Source of the DNA: Desulfamplus sp.
GTDB lineage: Bacteria; Desulfobacterota; Desulfobacteria; Desulfobacterales; Desulfobacteraceae
NCBI GenBank assembly: GCA_015231705.1
Contig: JADGBC010000001.1
Span: forward strand, 4,383 to 68,382
Direction: 5' to 3'
Length of the DNA stretch: 64,000 nucleotides
The notes under the pieces were generated by a model. That model saw nothing but the letters and a program-made list of their open reading frames with translations, searched no databases and had not been told where the DNA came from. Both the position numbers and the translations under genes were made by a program. Below are positions 1-9,066 of the stretch, one piece after another (the first letter of the stretch is position 1; the number at the start of each line of letters is the position of its first letter).

Positions 1-404
1 CCATAGAAAACAGCGATGACGAAATAAGGGGTCAGGCCACCATATCAATGAACATTTTTGACGGAATGCAAAAATACTCAAGGATAAATCAAGCTCTCCT
101 TGAAAAAAAGAGTATCATGCATGATATACGCGAGCTTGAAAACAGCCTGAAAACGGCTCTAAAAAACACATTGATTGAGACAGACGTGGCGTTTGACAAT
201 CTTGCAGTTGCAGCCGCAGGGACAAAAGAGGCCGAAGAGAACTTACGGGTAACAGATCTTGGCTTTGAGCAGGGAATCGGCACATCTTCAGATGTCCTTG
301 ATGCCATCTACAATCTCTCCAGAGCACGATTCAATGAGATAAATGCCCATACACAGGTTTTTGCCAATGATTTTCAACTTAAACGGCTGATTGAACATTT
401 TTAA
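1..404 (+). CDS. TolC-family outer membrane efflux protein, C-terminal fragment (5' truncated by window)
   Basis: Frame open from the window edge; MNIFDG..., AEENLRVTDLGFEQGIGTSSDVLDA is a typical OEP/TolC C-terminal repeat. Confidence 0.85.
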   Translation, partial: IENSDDEIRGQATISMNIFDGMQKYSRINQALLEKKSIMHDIRELENSLKTALKNTLIETDVAFDNLAVAAAGTKEAEENLRVTDLGFEQGIGTSSDVLDAIYNLSRARFNEINAHTQVFANDFQLKRLIEHF

Positions 405-453
405 CATTTTTAATATCTCTTTGAATCAATAGCCCAATAATGACAATTCAAGA

Positions 454-504
454 AGCATAAGCAACTTAGCTACAATTGTCTATGTATTGAAATTATTCAA
501 TTAA
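454..504 (+). repeat. Dispersed copy of ~51-bp repeat family (family 1)
   Basis: agcataagcaacttagctacaattgtctatgtattgaaattattcaattaa matches 63118-63168 at 38/51 positions without gaps (manual alignment). Confidence 0.7.
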
Positions 505-512
505 ACAATAAC

Positions 513-551
513 AAAAAAGCCTGAAACAGAAGAACTATGTTTCAGGCTTTT
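513..551. terminator. Bidirectional intrinsic terminator
   Basis: AAAAGCCTGAAACA / TGTTTCAGGCTTTT perfect inverted repeat with A and T tracts between convergent genes. Confidence 0.8.
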
Positions 552-610
552 AGATTTGAGTTGTCAGACTCACATGAAGTCTAAATTACAAAAGTTGCTT
601 ATTGAGTCGC

Positions 611-2236
611 TTAGAAAGTCAGTGTCAATCTGTGGAACAGGGCATATACTTGTGGATCAACTGTAGGATCTTCAACACCACCGCTTGCACGAGTCGTCCA
701 GTAGTCACCGCCATCAAGGTATGCGGCAATGGCTTTGTAGGTGAGGTTGTCTGCAAGTTTCCATGTAAATGTGAAATCATACTCCATACCCTGATCATCA
801 TCATATCCAGGCCCCTGGGGAACATCGTCAGCTTTTGACATTGCACCTATGAAACCAAGAGTAATGGCATCTGTAATGGCATAATCAAGGCCTGCATAAA
901 TCATCTGATAGCCATCAAGCATCGCAGTTGAGGCGGTCGCAAAACCAGTACCGACATGGTTACCCACGCCGTTTCCAAGGGAACTGTTCATACCATGATA
1001 ATCTGAATTCAGAATAAAAAGTTTTTCCCAATCCACACCAGGAGAGACAAATCCCATACACTCTATATCGGTATCATCATTATTGGCATCGCCGGAGGAG
1101 TGTGCAAATCCGCCAAGCACATTTATAGGAGACAGATCATAGTCACCTTCCACAAAATATGCAAACGCTTTAACATCACGATCTACCGCATTATATCTAT
1201 CATCATATGTTATAGTACCAAATACATAATCAAGTTCCGCTTCAATACTTAAATCACCAAATTTTCCCTGAAAAAATGGAGAAAGAAGATAGACTTTGCC
1301 GTCATTGGTGGTGCCTCTTTCTTTCATAGTCATCAAAGAGGAGGTAGCCATATCATTTGGCCAGTCAGCATTGATTTTAGCAGCAGCAGCCTGAGCAGCA
1401 GCAGCATATTGACCAGCCATGGCGAGATTACCGGCAGCCTGAGCAGCAGCAGCAGCTTTTGCTGCACCCTGAGCTGTCAGAGCGTTAGTGGCATTGGCAC
1501 TGTACCATCCACCATAAGTAGCCATGCTGTCTGGAGCACCACTGGATGCAAGAAGACTTCTGTAAGAAGCTTTGTTTATATTGTTGTCATACGAAGATTC
1601 CAGGTCATTAGTGGCATATACCTGACCAGGATCCTGAAATTTGTTAAAATTATAAAATGCGGACAAAAGGCCAGTTGCATATTGTTCGTTTTTGAAAACC
1701 GCACCAAGATAGTATTTATCGTTATCATCATCTCTCATCTTGTCATTTTCGGTCACTTTTTCAGCAACTCCGACCAGATAGAGCTTACCATCTCCAACTT
1801 CAATTGGGACAGTGTATTTGATTCTGTCTGTATCAGATTCGTCATCGCAGAATGTAGTACCCCATGTAATACCCTTCATCCTTCCAACTTCAAACATACC
1901 AATTGGGCTGATGTATGTAAGGTAAGCTCTGTCAAAATCGATATTATCATCATCTTCATTGCCGTCAAAAGCGGAATCTTTTGAGCTTAGCACTTTTTCC
2001 AGGGCATCAAATCTTGTGGTAAGTTTTAAATGATCACTCACTTTAAAGTCTGTCTGAACACGCAGTCTCATCTGTCTGTAATCAACTGTGTCATCACTAT
2101 CAAGCATGTTTACGCTGGAATTCAAAATACCCTCAACATAGAACTCTCCACTGAACTCAGTTTCAAGGGCAGCTACAGGCATTGCCATGCCCATAACAAA
2201 AATACTCAACACTGCAAAGAGTACAACCTTTTTCAT
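611..2236 (-). CDS. Outer membrane beta-barrel porin-like protein
   Basis: Signal peptide MKKVVLFAVL..., AGGAG RBS, amphipathic beta strands, DFDRAY motif, C-terminal HRLTLTF Bam signal. Confidence 0.75.
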   Translation of the reverse strand: MKKVVLFAVLSIFVMGMAMPVAALETEFSGEFYVEGILNSSVNMLDSDDTVDYRQMRLRVQTDFKVSDHLKLTTRFDALEKVLSSKDSAFDGNEDDDNIDFDRAYLTYISPIGMFEVGRMKGITWGTTFCDDESDTDRIKYTVPIEVGDGKLYLVGVAEKVTENDKMRDDDNDKYYLGAVFKNEQYATGLLSAFYNFNKFQDPGQVYATNDLESSYDNNINKASYRSLLASSGAPDSMATYGGWYSANATNALTAQGAAKAAAAAQAAGNLAMAGQYAAAAQAAAAKINADWPNDMATSSLMTMKERGTTNDGKVYLLSPFFQGKFGDLSIEAELDYVFGTITYDDRYNAVDRDVKAFAYFVEGDYDLSPINVLGGFAHSSGDANNDDTDIECMGFVSPGVDWEKLFILNSDYHGMNSSLGNGVGNHVGTGFATASTAMLDGYQMIYAGLDYAITDAITLGFIGAMSKADDVPQGPGYDDDQGMEYDFTFTWKLADNLTYKAIAAYLDGGDYWTTRASGGVEDPTVDPQVYALFHRLTLTF

Positions 2237-2414
2237 CTTTTTCTCCTTTTTCTCCTGGTTAATTAATAAAATACGCATATATGTTCTAAGCACACCAAAA
2301 CATATATGCATAACTGTAGGCATATCAATAACTGCAAGCATATCAAAAAATATTAAGGATTTTTCTTACACACAGGATGTTGAACTTGTCAAGCGTTTTA
2401 ACAGATGAACAGCG

Positions 2415-4169
2415 TTATTTTGATTGGCTAACTATTTTTTGAATAAAAACCGTACTGTGCGTTTTATTCATAACCAAACCAGTTTCTGCAACAACCGAAT
2501 AGATAATCTCGGGATAGCCGTCTCCATCCATATCAATAACATTAAAATCAGAAATATAGCCTGTGGAAGAATTTGTGTGCAACAGATCAACCATTGAACC
2601 GCTCTTCCATGCCATAACATTTATATTGCCACTGGTGAATTTCCGATATCCAGAAAGATACCCTTTGGCAACATCCTCATTGTTGACAGTTATAATCTCC
2701 TCGATGCCATCATGATTAATATCTGCAACAATAACCCTGTGGTTTATGTAAGTCCTGGTTTTCAACTGATTTTTACCCATATCCTGTTCAATAAACTGGG
2801 CTGTTGATCCAAATGACCGTGTGCTTTTCCACTCTCTGGTCCCACGATCATCTCCTAAATTCAAAAAGCCTGATCTGTCAAGCCAGATAAAATAGCGGCC
2901 ATTGCTGCCCATATTGCCATCAATCTGTACCTTAGCGGGTGAAAATCCGAATATCTCTGAATTGGCAGCATCTATTTTGTCCAGCTTTGCAATGGAGTTC
3001 CCACTAACAGAAAGTGCATAAATCGAATCAGAAAAAGGTTCATCATGACCCCTTTTCTGACCAATAAGTTTAGCTTTTCCATCATAATTTACCACTCTGA
3101 AATACCAATCGGCATCTTTTGCAATCGGTTCAAATTCTCTTCCATTCCACTCCAGAACATATGACTTAAGATAGTTGTTTTTGCCGACAGCAGTTACAAA
3201 CAGTTCGCTTCGTCCATTATTATTAGAATCAACGGCATCTATAGCTATATTTCTGTTGTAATATTCACTCTTATACTCTCCTTTTTTCACAAGGGTATTA
3301 TTGGAAAAGACAAAAAACGAGACTGTGTGATCGTCAATCACAGTAAAATCAATTTTTCCATCGCCATCAATATCTGCAGTTGCCATACCGATAATTTCCA
3401 TATTTAATTTCCGGCTCATGAGAACAGGTGAGTCAGAATGAGACATGATCATACCCTTTGAGGCTGAAGAGATACCACTTTGTATCGACTCAGACTTACT
3501 GCTTTGAGATACCCCTTTCATCGAATCAATCGGCAATGCAGAACCATCTTGAGCCGTTTGATTGTTATTTGTGTTAATAACGGCCTGCCCATCTGCCAAT
3601 GTACTTTTAGTGCTTGAATCAAGCACATTGTTAGAATTGGTTCTGACAGAGCCAGAAGATTGGCCATTAATAGCAGCCCTTGCTTTTTCCGAGATGGCTA
3701 AAGCATGATTCATAATATCACCCATACCAGTACCTGAGACAGTGATATATTTAGGTTGTTCAGGCTGGATAACCTCTACAAGCTTTGCATCGCTGCTGAC
3801 ACTATCTCCTGCAATGGTCACAGTTCCTGTCAAGATAAAGTCCACCCCATGCAGTTCAGTGATGCCAGCGATCTTTTTAAGAATTTCGGACCCGCTCAAG
3901 TCAAGTCCGTACTCAGATGGCAGGCGATCCAGGCACCTGACCTCAATTTTGTCATCAGCTGCAATTCTGCTGCAAAGCATTTTACCCATTCCCTTGCCAA
4001 TAAAACCAGCATCCTCTTTTGCCATCACTTCAAAGGGGAATACTGCAATTCTTTTAACTTCCGTATTCGCCCCATGGCTGCTGTTAGGATTAAACAGCAT
4101 AGTAGCAATAAACAAGATGGCGACCATATTAAATTGAACACCGTATTTTCTCATTAATTTATCTCTCAC
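2415..4169 (-). CDS. Secreted FG-GAP/VCBS repeat protein with N-terminal TolB-N/CsgG-like domain
   Basis: Signal peptide; IAVFPFEV domain; ADIDGDGKID, DSNNNGRSE, ADINHDGIEE, DMDGDGYPE Ca-binding repeats. Confidence 0.75.
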   Translation of the reverse strand: MRDKLMRKYGVQFNMVAILFIATMLFNPNSSHGANTEVKRIAVFPFEVMAKEDAGFIGKGMGKMLCSRIAADDKIEVRCLDRLPSEYGLDLSGSEILKKIAGITELHGVDFILTGTVTIAGDSVSSDAKLVEVIQPEQPKYITVSGTGMGDIMNHALAISEKARAAINGQSSGSVRTNSNNVLDSSTKSTLADGQAVINTNNNQTAQDGSALPIDSMKGVSQSSKSESIQSGISSASKGMIMSHSDSPVLMSRKLNMEIIGMATADIDGDGKIDFTVIDDHTVSFFVFSNNTLVKKGEYKSEYYNRNIAIDAVDSNNNGRSELFVTAVGKNNYLKSYVLEWNGREFEPIAKDADWYFRVVNYDGKAKLIGQKRGHDEPFSDSIYALSVSGNSIAKLDKIDAANSEIFGFSPAKVQIDGNMGSNGRYFIWLDRSGFLNLGDDRGTREWKSTRSFGSTAQFIEQDMGKNQLKTRTYINHRVIVADINHDGIEEIITVNNEDVAKGYLSGYRKFTSGNINVMAWKSGSMVDLLHTNSSTGYISDFNVIDMDGDGYPEIIYSVVAETGLVMNKTHSTVFIQKIVSQSK

Positions 4170-4304
4170 AAACTTAAATTATTATTTTAAAAAAGTACCT
4201 GACAAATATCTGATGTTTTTTAGCAATCGGATCTGACACTATATAATAGACCGCTAAAAGTCAATAAACTCTGATTCAAAACAAATTACTCTTCAAATTA
4301 TCCC

Positions 4305-4333
4305 TTGCCAAATCCTGGATCTGTTATTAGAAT
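4305..4333 (+). promoter_or_regulatory. Putative sigma70 promoter
   Basis: TTGCCA-N17-TAGAAT upstream of the 4479 gene. Confidence 0.55.
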
Positions 4334-4375
4334 GCCCTCCCAATGGACATAAATGGCCTGTTAATTTCTATCAAA

Positions 4376-4421
4376 CGCTCATGGCCGGATTCCCCAGGCC
4401 ACGCCGAAAAACCATGAAAAT
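4376..4421 (-). repeat. Palindromic dispersed element (family 2)
   Basis: Minus strand attttcatggtttttcggcgtggcctggggaatccggccatgagcg shares the TTTCATG..GTGGCC..GGCCATG architecture with 7479, 43725 and 48169. Confidence 0.55.
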
Positions 4422-4478
4422 CAAAATGTATTTTCATGATAAATAGAAAAAGGCATTAACGATATACAGGAGAACGCA

Positions 4479-6266
4479 TTGAAAAATACAAATGCAATAT
4501 CTGGCAGATCTACAAGATTATCTGGTTTCTTTACAAAATCTTATCAGATGAGAAATGCTGTTTTTATTATGGTTATGGCATGCTCACTTCTATTCTCATC
4601 TTTTTTGACTTCGACGTCAGCACATGCACAAGCGGTAAAAATTGCCGTCCTGCCTTTTGAGATAAACGCAGAACAAAATCTTGATTTTCTCAAAAATGGG
4701 ATCCAGGATATGTTAAATTCTCGGCTCTCTTTTAAGGACGAAATTATAGTTATTGACAAAGAGCGTGTGGAAAAAGTGGCAGGAAGCATAAAAGGTTTTA
4801 CAGGTGAAAATTTTGCCCTACTCGTAGGAGGTCAACTTAAAGCTGATTTTGTAATCAATGGCAGTATAACCGTTATTGGCAACAGTACCAGCATTGATTC
4901 AAAACTTATTGATATTTCAGGAAAAAACCCTCCCATATCCTTTTTCAGACAGAGTGAGGATCCAGGCGGTGTCATACCTGCTATCAACCAGTTTGCCACA
5001 ACCATAAACGAGACTATCTTTAATAGAAGCAGTGGCACAGATCAAAAGCAGGTAATGGCAATCACTGATATGCAGCCTAACATCAGCACAAGCGAATCTA
5101 GATCTTCATCAGCACTGACCGCTGCACCCATTCAAAACCATCAACTAAATTCCAGCTTTATTGTCAAAAATCAGGATGCGTCAACAGCTACTGATCAGGT
5201 TGGCAGCCCAAATCCCGAATTTTCTGTCACCAGTAATGCTCGTACCAACAAATCAAGTGCATGGAAAAGTCCGACCTTCAAACATCTTATTAACGCCATA
5301 TCTCTTGGTGATACAGACAGAGATAATCTAACTGAAACGGTATTTGTATCTGATCACTCTCTTTATATCTACAGATTTTCAGATAACCGTTTTATAAAAA
5401 CTGCTGAACCTGCCAAAAGTAAATTATCGACCTATATCGGAGTTGACGTGGGTGATATAAATGGGAATGGTATTGATGAGATTTTTGTCACAAGCCTGAA
5501 TCCTGACAAAAATATGCCAAACTCTTTTGTAATTGAATACAATGGTAGCAAATATGTAAAAATTGCCAAGAACATGCCGTGGTATTTTAGGGTAGTCAGG
5601 ACTAAAAATGGGGATAAGGTACTGCTGGGCCAAAAGCAAAAATCCAATAAACAGAATATATACTCATCCCCGATCTATAAAATGAGATGGAATGGGACTG
5701 AATATGCTCCAGATCAGAAAGTTCTTGAATCTGATAGGGCTAATGTTATTGGCACATTGTTTGAGGATATCACCGGAGATAAGACTTCGACCATATTAGC
5801 CTATAACCAGGCTGAACATCTGACTCTGTACAGCAATAGCGGCAATGTACTCTGGAGAGATGTTAACAGTTCCGGCGGAAGTATGAATTACTTCCAGCTT
5901 CCGAAAGAGAGCCCGAGTGATGATCCTGAGCTTGAGTATTTTCCCTTACCTGTAATAGCTGCTGATATCAACGGTGACGGTAACATGGAAATTCTCTATG
6001 CATTGAACAACGATGTTACGGGTGGCTATTTAAGCAAATTCAAAAAATACAATAAAGGAGCTATTAATTGTAGTTTTTGGAATGCATCAGGTCTTTCATT
6101 GCAGTGGTCAACTCCAGAGCAGCCAGGAAGAGTAAGTGGATTTGTTATTGGAGACTTTGACAATGACGGGGCAGAGGAACTTGTGATTTCCAATGTCATC
6201 AAAGACGCTTTATCCACATTTGCAGATTCGGAAAGCTCAATTATTGTTTATGAACTAATGCAATAA
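4479..6266 (+). CDS. Secreted FG-GAP/VCBS repeat protein, paralog of 2415-4169
   Basis: TTG start with AGGAG; IAVLPFEIN domain; GDINGNGIDE, ADINGDGNME, GDFDNDGAEE repeats. Confidence 0.75.
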   Translation: MKNTNAISGRSTRLSGFFTKSYQMRNAVFIMVMACSLLFSSFLTSTSAHAQAVKIAVLPFEINAEQNLDFLKNGIQDMLNSRLSFKDEIIVIDKERVEKVAGSIKGFTGENFALLVGGQLKADFVINGSITVIGNSTSIDSKLIDISGKNPPISFFRQSEDPGGVIPAINQFATTINETIFNRSSGTDQKQVMAITDMQPNISTSESRSSSALTAAPIQNHQLNSSFIVKNQDASTATDQVGSPNPEFSVTSNARTNKSSAWKSPTFKHLINAISLGDTDRDNLTETVFVSDHSLYIYRFSDNRFIKTAEPAKSKLSTYIGVDVGDINGNGIDEIFVTSLNPDKNMPNSFVIEYNGSKYVKIAKNMPWYFRVVRTKNGDKVLLGQKQKSNKQNIYSSPIYKMRWNGTEYAPDQKVLESDRANVIGTLFEDITGDKTSTILAYNQAEHLTLYSNSGNVLWRDVNSSGGSMNYFQLPKESPSDDPELEYFPLPVIAADINGDGNMEILYALNNDVTGGYLSKFKKYNKGAINCSFWNASGLSLQWSTPEQPGRVSGFVIGDFDNDGAEELVISNVIKDALSTFADSESSIIVYELMQ

Positions 6267-6288
6267 CTGGGGATAACCAGAAATAAAG

Positions 6289-7119
6289 ATGCGTTTTTGC
6301 AAAGAATACCAGATAGATCAAGGCATCAGAGGATTTAAGCTTGGGTGGTCTTTTGCTGGGCCTCCTCTGATGACAGTCTATTGCTACTTTTTTGGCCACA
6401 TTATGATTGATACCGGCCAGTCTCATATGAAAAATGAGGTGGTCAGTATTGCCATTGCCAATGGTGTAGAGAGCATCTTCCTGACCCATCATCATGAGGA
6501 CCACTCAGGAAATGCTGCAGCCATTCACAGTTCTTTGGGAGCTTCGGTTTATGGTCATTCTTTGAGCAGAGAAAAACTGAAAAGTTCATACCCCATCCTT
6601 CCCTACCAAAAATATGTCTGGGGAAAGACAACTCCTGTTAAGATAGATCCTTTTCCTGAAAAAATCGAAACAACTCTTGGCACAATGGTGCCTATTCACA
6701 CCCCTGGCCATTCAAAAGATCACACTCTTTTCCTCCTACCAGACAAGGGGATCTTGTTCTCAGGAGATCTTTATCTGGCTGACCGGATAAAATTTTTCAG
6801 ATCTGATGAGAACCTGGGTGAGCAGATTGACTCTTTAAAAAAAGTTACAAAATTAAATTTTGACCTATTGCTTTGTGCCCATAATCCCAAGCTAAAAAAT
6901 GGCAGAGAACATCTATGTTTAAAGTTGGGATTCCTGGAAAATTTTTATGGAGAGATAGTTGATCTATGGGTGAAGGGATGGTCGGCAAAGCATATTTTCG
7001 ATTTTTTAAAACTCAAAGAATCATACTTTATAAAATACTTCTGCTGTGGCAACGTAAGCATGCTAAACGGTGTAAAATCTGCCATCCGCCATTATGAAAC
7101 CTATCAGCAACACAATTAG
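6289..7119 (+). CDS. MBL-fold metallo-hydrolase
   Basis: THHHEDHSG (HxHxDH), HTPGHSKDH, FSGD, CAH motifs. Confidence 0.9.
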   Translation: MRFCKEYQIDQGIRGFKLGWSFAGPPLMTVYCYFFGHIMIDTGQSHMKNEVVSIAIANGVESIFLTHHHEDHSGNAAAIHSSLGASVYGHSLSREKLKSSYPILPYQKYVWGKTTPVKIDPFPEKIETTLGTMVPIHTPGHSKDHTLFLLPDKGILFSGDLYLADRIKFFRSDENLGEQIDSLKKVTKLNFDLLLCAHNPKLKNGREHLCLKLGFLENFYGEIVDLWVKGWSAKHIFDFLKLKESYFIKYFCCGNVSMLNGVKSAIRHYETYQQHN

Positions 7120-7289
7120 AATAGACCACTCTTGCACTCTAATAAATTACAAAAATGGATTCTATATGACAATCTGATTCTTTTTTGTAAGAAAGATCAT
7201 GTGTCATATACTTATATTGCCGACCTAACAACCTCTATATGCAAATCGTTCCCAAAGAACCAAAGGCATATTTTATATCTCTGAACAAG

Positions 7290-7395
7290 AACACAAGCAG
7301 CGTCACTGTAATTATTGTCAGATAATAAATTCCTGAATATGAAGAAGACAAGCAGCTTCCTCTCAATTATTGTGAGTTCAACATTCCTGAAAAAT
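7290..7395 (+). repeat. Two tandem copies of ~51-bp repeat family 1
   Basis: aacacaagcagcgtcactgtaattattgtcagataataaattcctgaatatg and aagacaagcagcttcctctcaattattgtgagttcaacattcctgaaaaat resemble the units at 63016-63168. Confidence 0.7.
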
Positions 7396-7478
7396 ACAAA
7401 ATCACACTTCAAATCAAATCGATCAAAACACCCTGACTCTTTTTATGTAAAAGTCTCTTTAAATAGCTGTGCTTATGT

Positions 7479-7536
7479 GACTTTCATTCTTCGTTGTGGC
7501 CGAGAGCCAATATCCCGCTCCGGCCGTGCCGGTTAT
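7479..7536 (+). repeat. Palindromic dispersed element (family 2)
   Basis: 49/58 positions identical to 43725-43781 (manual alignment, one gap). Confidence 0.8.
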
Positions 7537-7578
7537 TACAAGCTCTCCTTCTATTATTTTTATTTTTAATACAAGCAC

Positions 7579-7594
7579 TGGCATAAATACTGCT
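7579..7594 (+). promoter_or_regulatory. Putative sigma54 (-24/-12) promoter
   Basis: TGGCATAAATACTGCT with exact GG-N10-GC spacing, ~55 nt before the ATG at 7649. Confidence 0.65.
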
Positions 7595-7648
7595 TTAAAA
7601 ATATTCATAAGAAGAACAATGAACGTAAAAAAACATAAGGAGAAAACA

Positions 7649-7840
7649 ATGAATACTTTACGAGTTAACCACAAAAACGGCACATTGGAAGTTCTGGCAA
7701 AAATAATGAACAGCTATGCAACAAAATATGATTGCACTATAAAATACAATGCTAAACACAATGCACTTGATTTTCGTGGAGAGGATATCCATAAACATGC
7801 TATCGCCCATGAGACATTAATCATATTAAACTCAAATTAA
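7649..7840 (+). CDS. Small hypothetical protein (63 aa, MNTLRVNHKN...)
   Basis: Strong RBS AAGGAG before ATG 7649; sigma54 site upstream. Confidence 0.65.
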   Translation: MNTLRVNHKNGTLEVLAKIMNSYATKYDCTIKYNAKHNALDFRGEDIHKHAIAHETLIILNSN

Positions 7841-8105
7841 ACCGAAATGTTATCTTCTGGCCATCCGGTCAAATAGTCAAATAAGAATAGTTTTTTACAT
7901 TAACCATAGGCATTCTTCATATTACCGAAACGTAGCTGACATTTTTTTCAAAGGATTCTCTAAAAGAGAGGATATTCTTTGAAAAAAAATCAACCACTAA
8001 ATGAAGGATGCCATTTTTTTTTATCTTGACATTGGTTAAAACCATCTATAAATGGAGAAGCTTACAATCGTTCAATAATACTAATTAGATACAAATTAAA
8101 TACTA

Positions 8106-9011
8106 ATGATAATTATGACCAATTCAATTCCCGCAATAAATCCCGTTCTTAATTCAAACTCTGTGATGACAAATATAATCAGCCGACTGGATTCATTAAC
8201 TCCAAAGGGGCGAATTCTTGGCAACTATATCATGCAAAACCCCACAAAAGCTGTATTCATGACCATCAAAGAGCTTGCAGAAACCTGTAAAACCAGTGAA
8301 GCAACAGTCATTAGATTCATAGACAGTTGCGGATATAAGGGGTACAGCGAGTTTCAACAGGCCCTAAAAGGCTTTCTCGATACCGGACTTACCCTCCTTG
8401 ACAGAGCAGACCTCAAAGGAATCCAAAAACCTGACATAAACCGCCTAAACCATGTTGTACTTGAAGAGATGAGCAATCTCCAGTATCTTTATGAATCAAT
8501 TGATATTCAAAAACTCAATGCGGTTGTAGATTACTTAGTTCAAAATCCCAGCGTATATGTGGCAGGCTCAAGACTCTCTTACACCTTTGCCTATTTCATG
8601 GGATGGGCTCTTACCCGTATCCGAAAGGGAGTCACAACTATTAAAGGAAGTGATACCACTGCCATTGATCAGATAGCCAATGCCCCTATAAACAGCCTCG
8701 TAATAATGGTTGCCACAACAAGATATCCAAACGAACTTATAAAACTTGGAAAATTCATTCGCAGAGAAGGCCACACTCTTATTCTAATCACAGACAATAC
8801 AATGTCTCCCATCATTCAGTTTGCCAATTTTTTTCTTGTAGTTCCAATGAATTCAATACCATTCATTGGTAATACATCAAATATGCTCTGTGTTATTAAA
8901 TATATTATTCAGGAGCTGGCAAGCAGGCTTGGTGAAGATCTGAAAACCCATCAACAAAAACTTGAACAGATCTATCTGGAAAATGATATCCTATTTAATC
9001 TTCATGCATGA
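8106..9011 (+). CDS. MurR/RpiR-family transcriptional regulator (HTH + SIS)
   Basis: TIKELAETCKTSEATVIRF..GYKGYSEFQ HTH signature; SIS domain (LILITD). Confidence 0.9.
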   Translation: MIIMTNSIPAINPVLNSNSVMTNIISRLDSLTPKGRILGNYIMQNPTKAVFMTIKELAETCKTSEATVIRFIDSCGYKGYSEFQQALKGFLDTGLTLLDRADLKGIQKPDINRLNHVVLEEMSNLQYLYESIDIQKLNAVVDYLVQNPSVYVAGSRLSYTFAYFMGWALTRIRKGVTTIKGSDTTAIDQIANAPINSLVIMVATTRYPNELIKLGKFIRREGHTLILITDNTMSPIIQFANFFLVVPMNSIPFIGNTSNMLCVIKYIIQELASRLGEDLKTHQQKLEQIYLENDILFNLHA

Positions 9012-9066
9012 TATATTTACAGAGTAAATAGGCTCTTTTACTGCTATTTTTATTGAGTTTAACTTC

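Noticed and set aside
7496-7648. N-terminal extension of the small ORF given in the ORF track
   Set aside because: It spans a repeat element and the sigma54 promoter; the strong RBS supports ATG 7649
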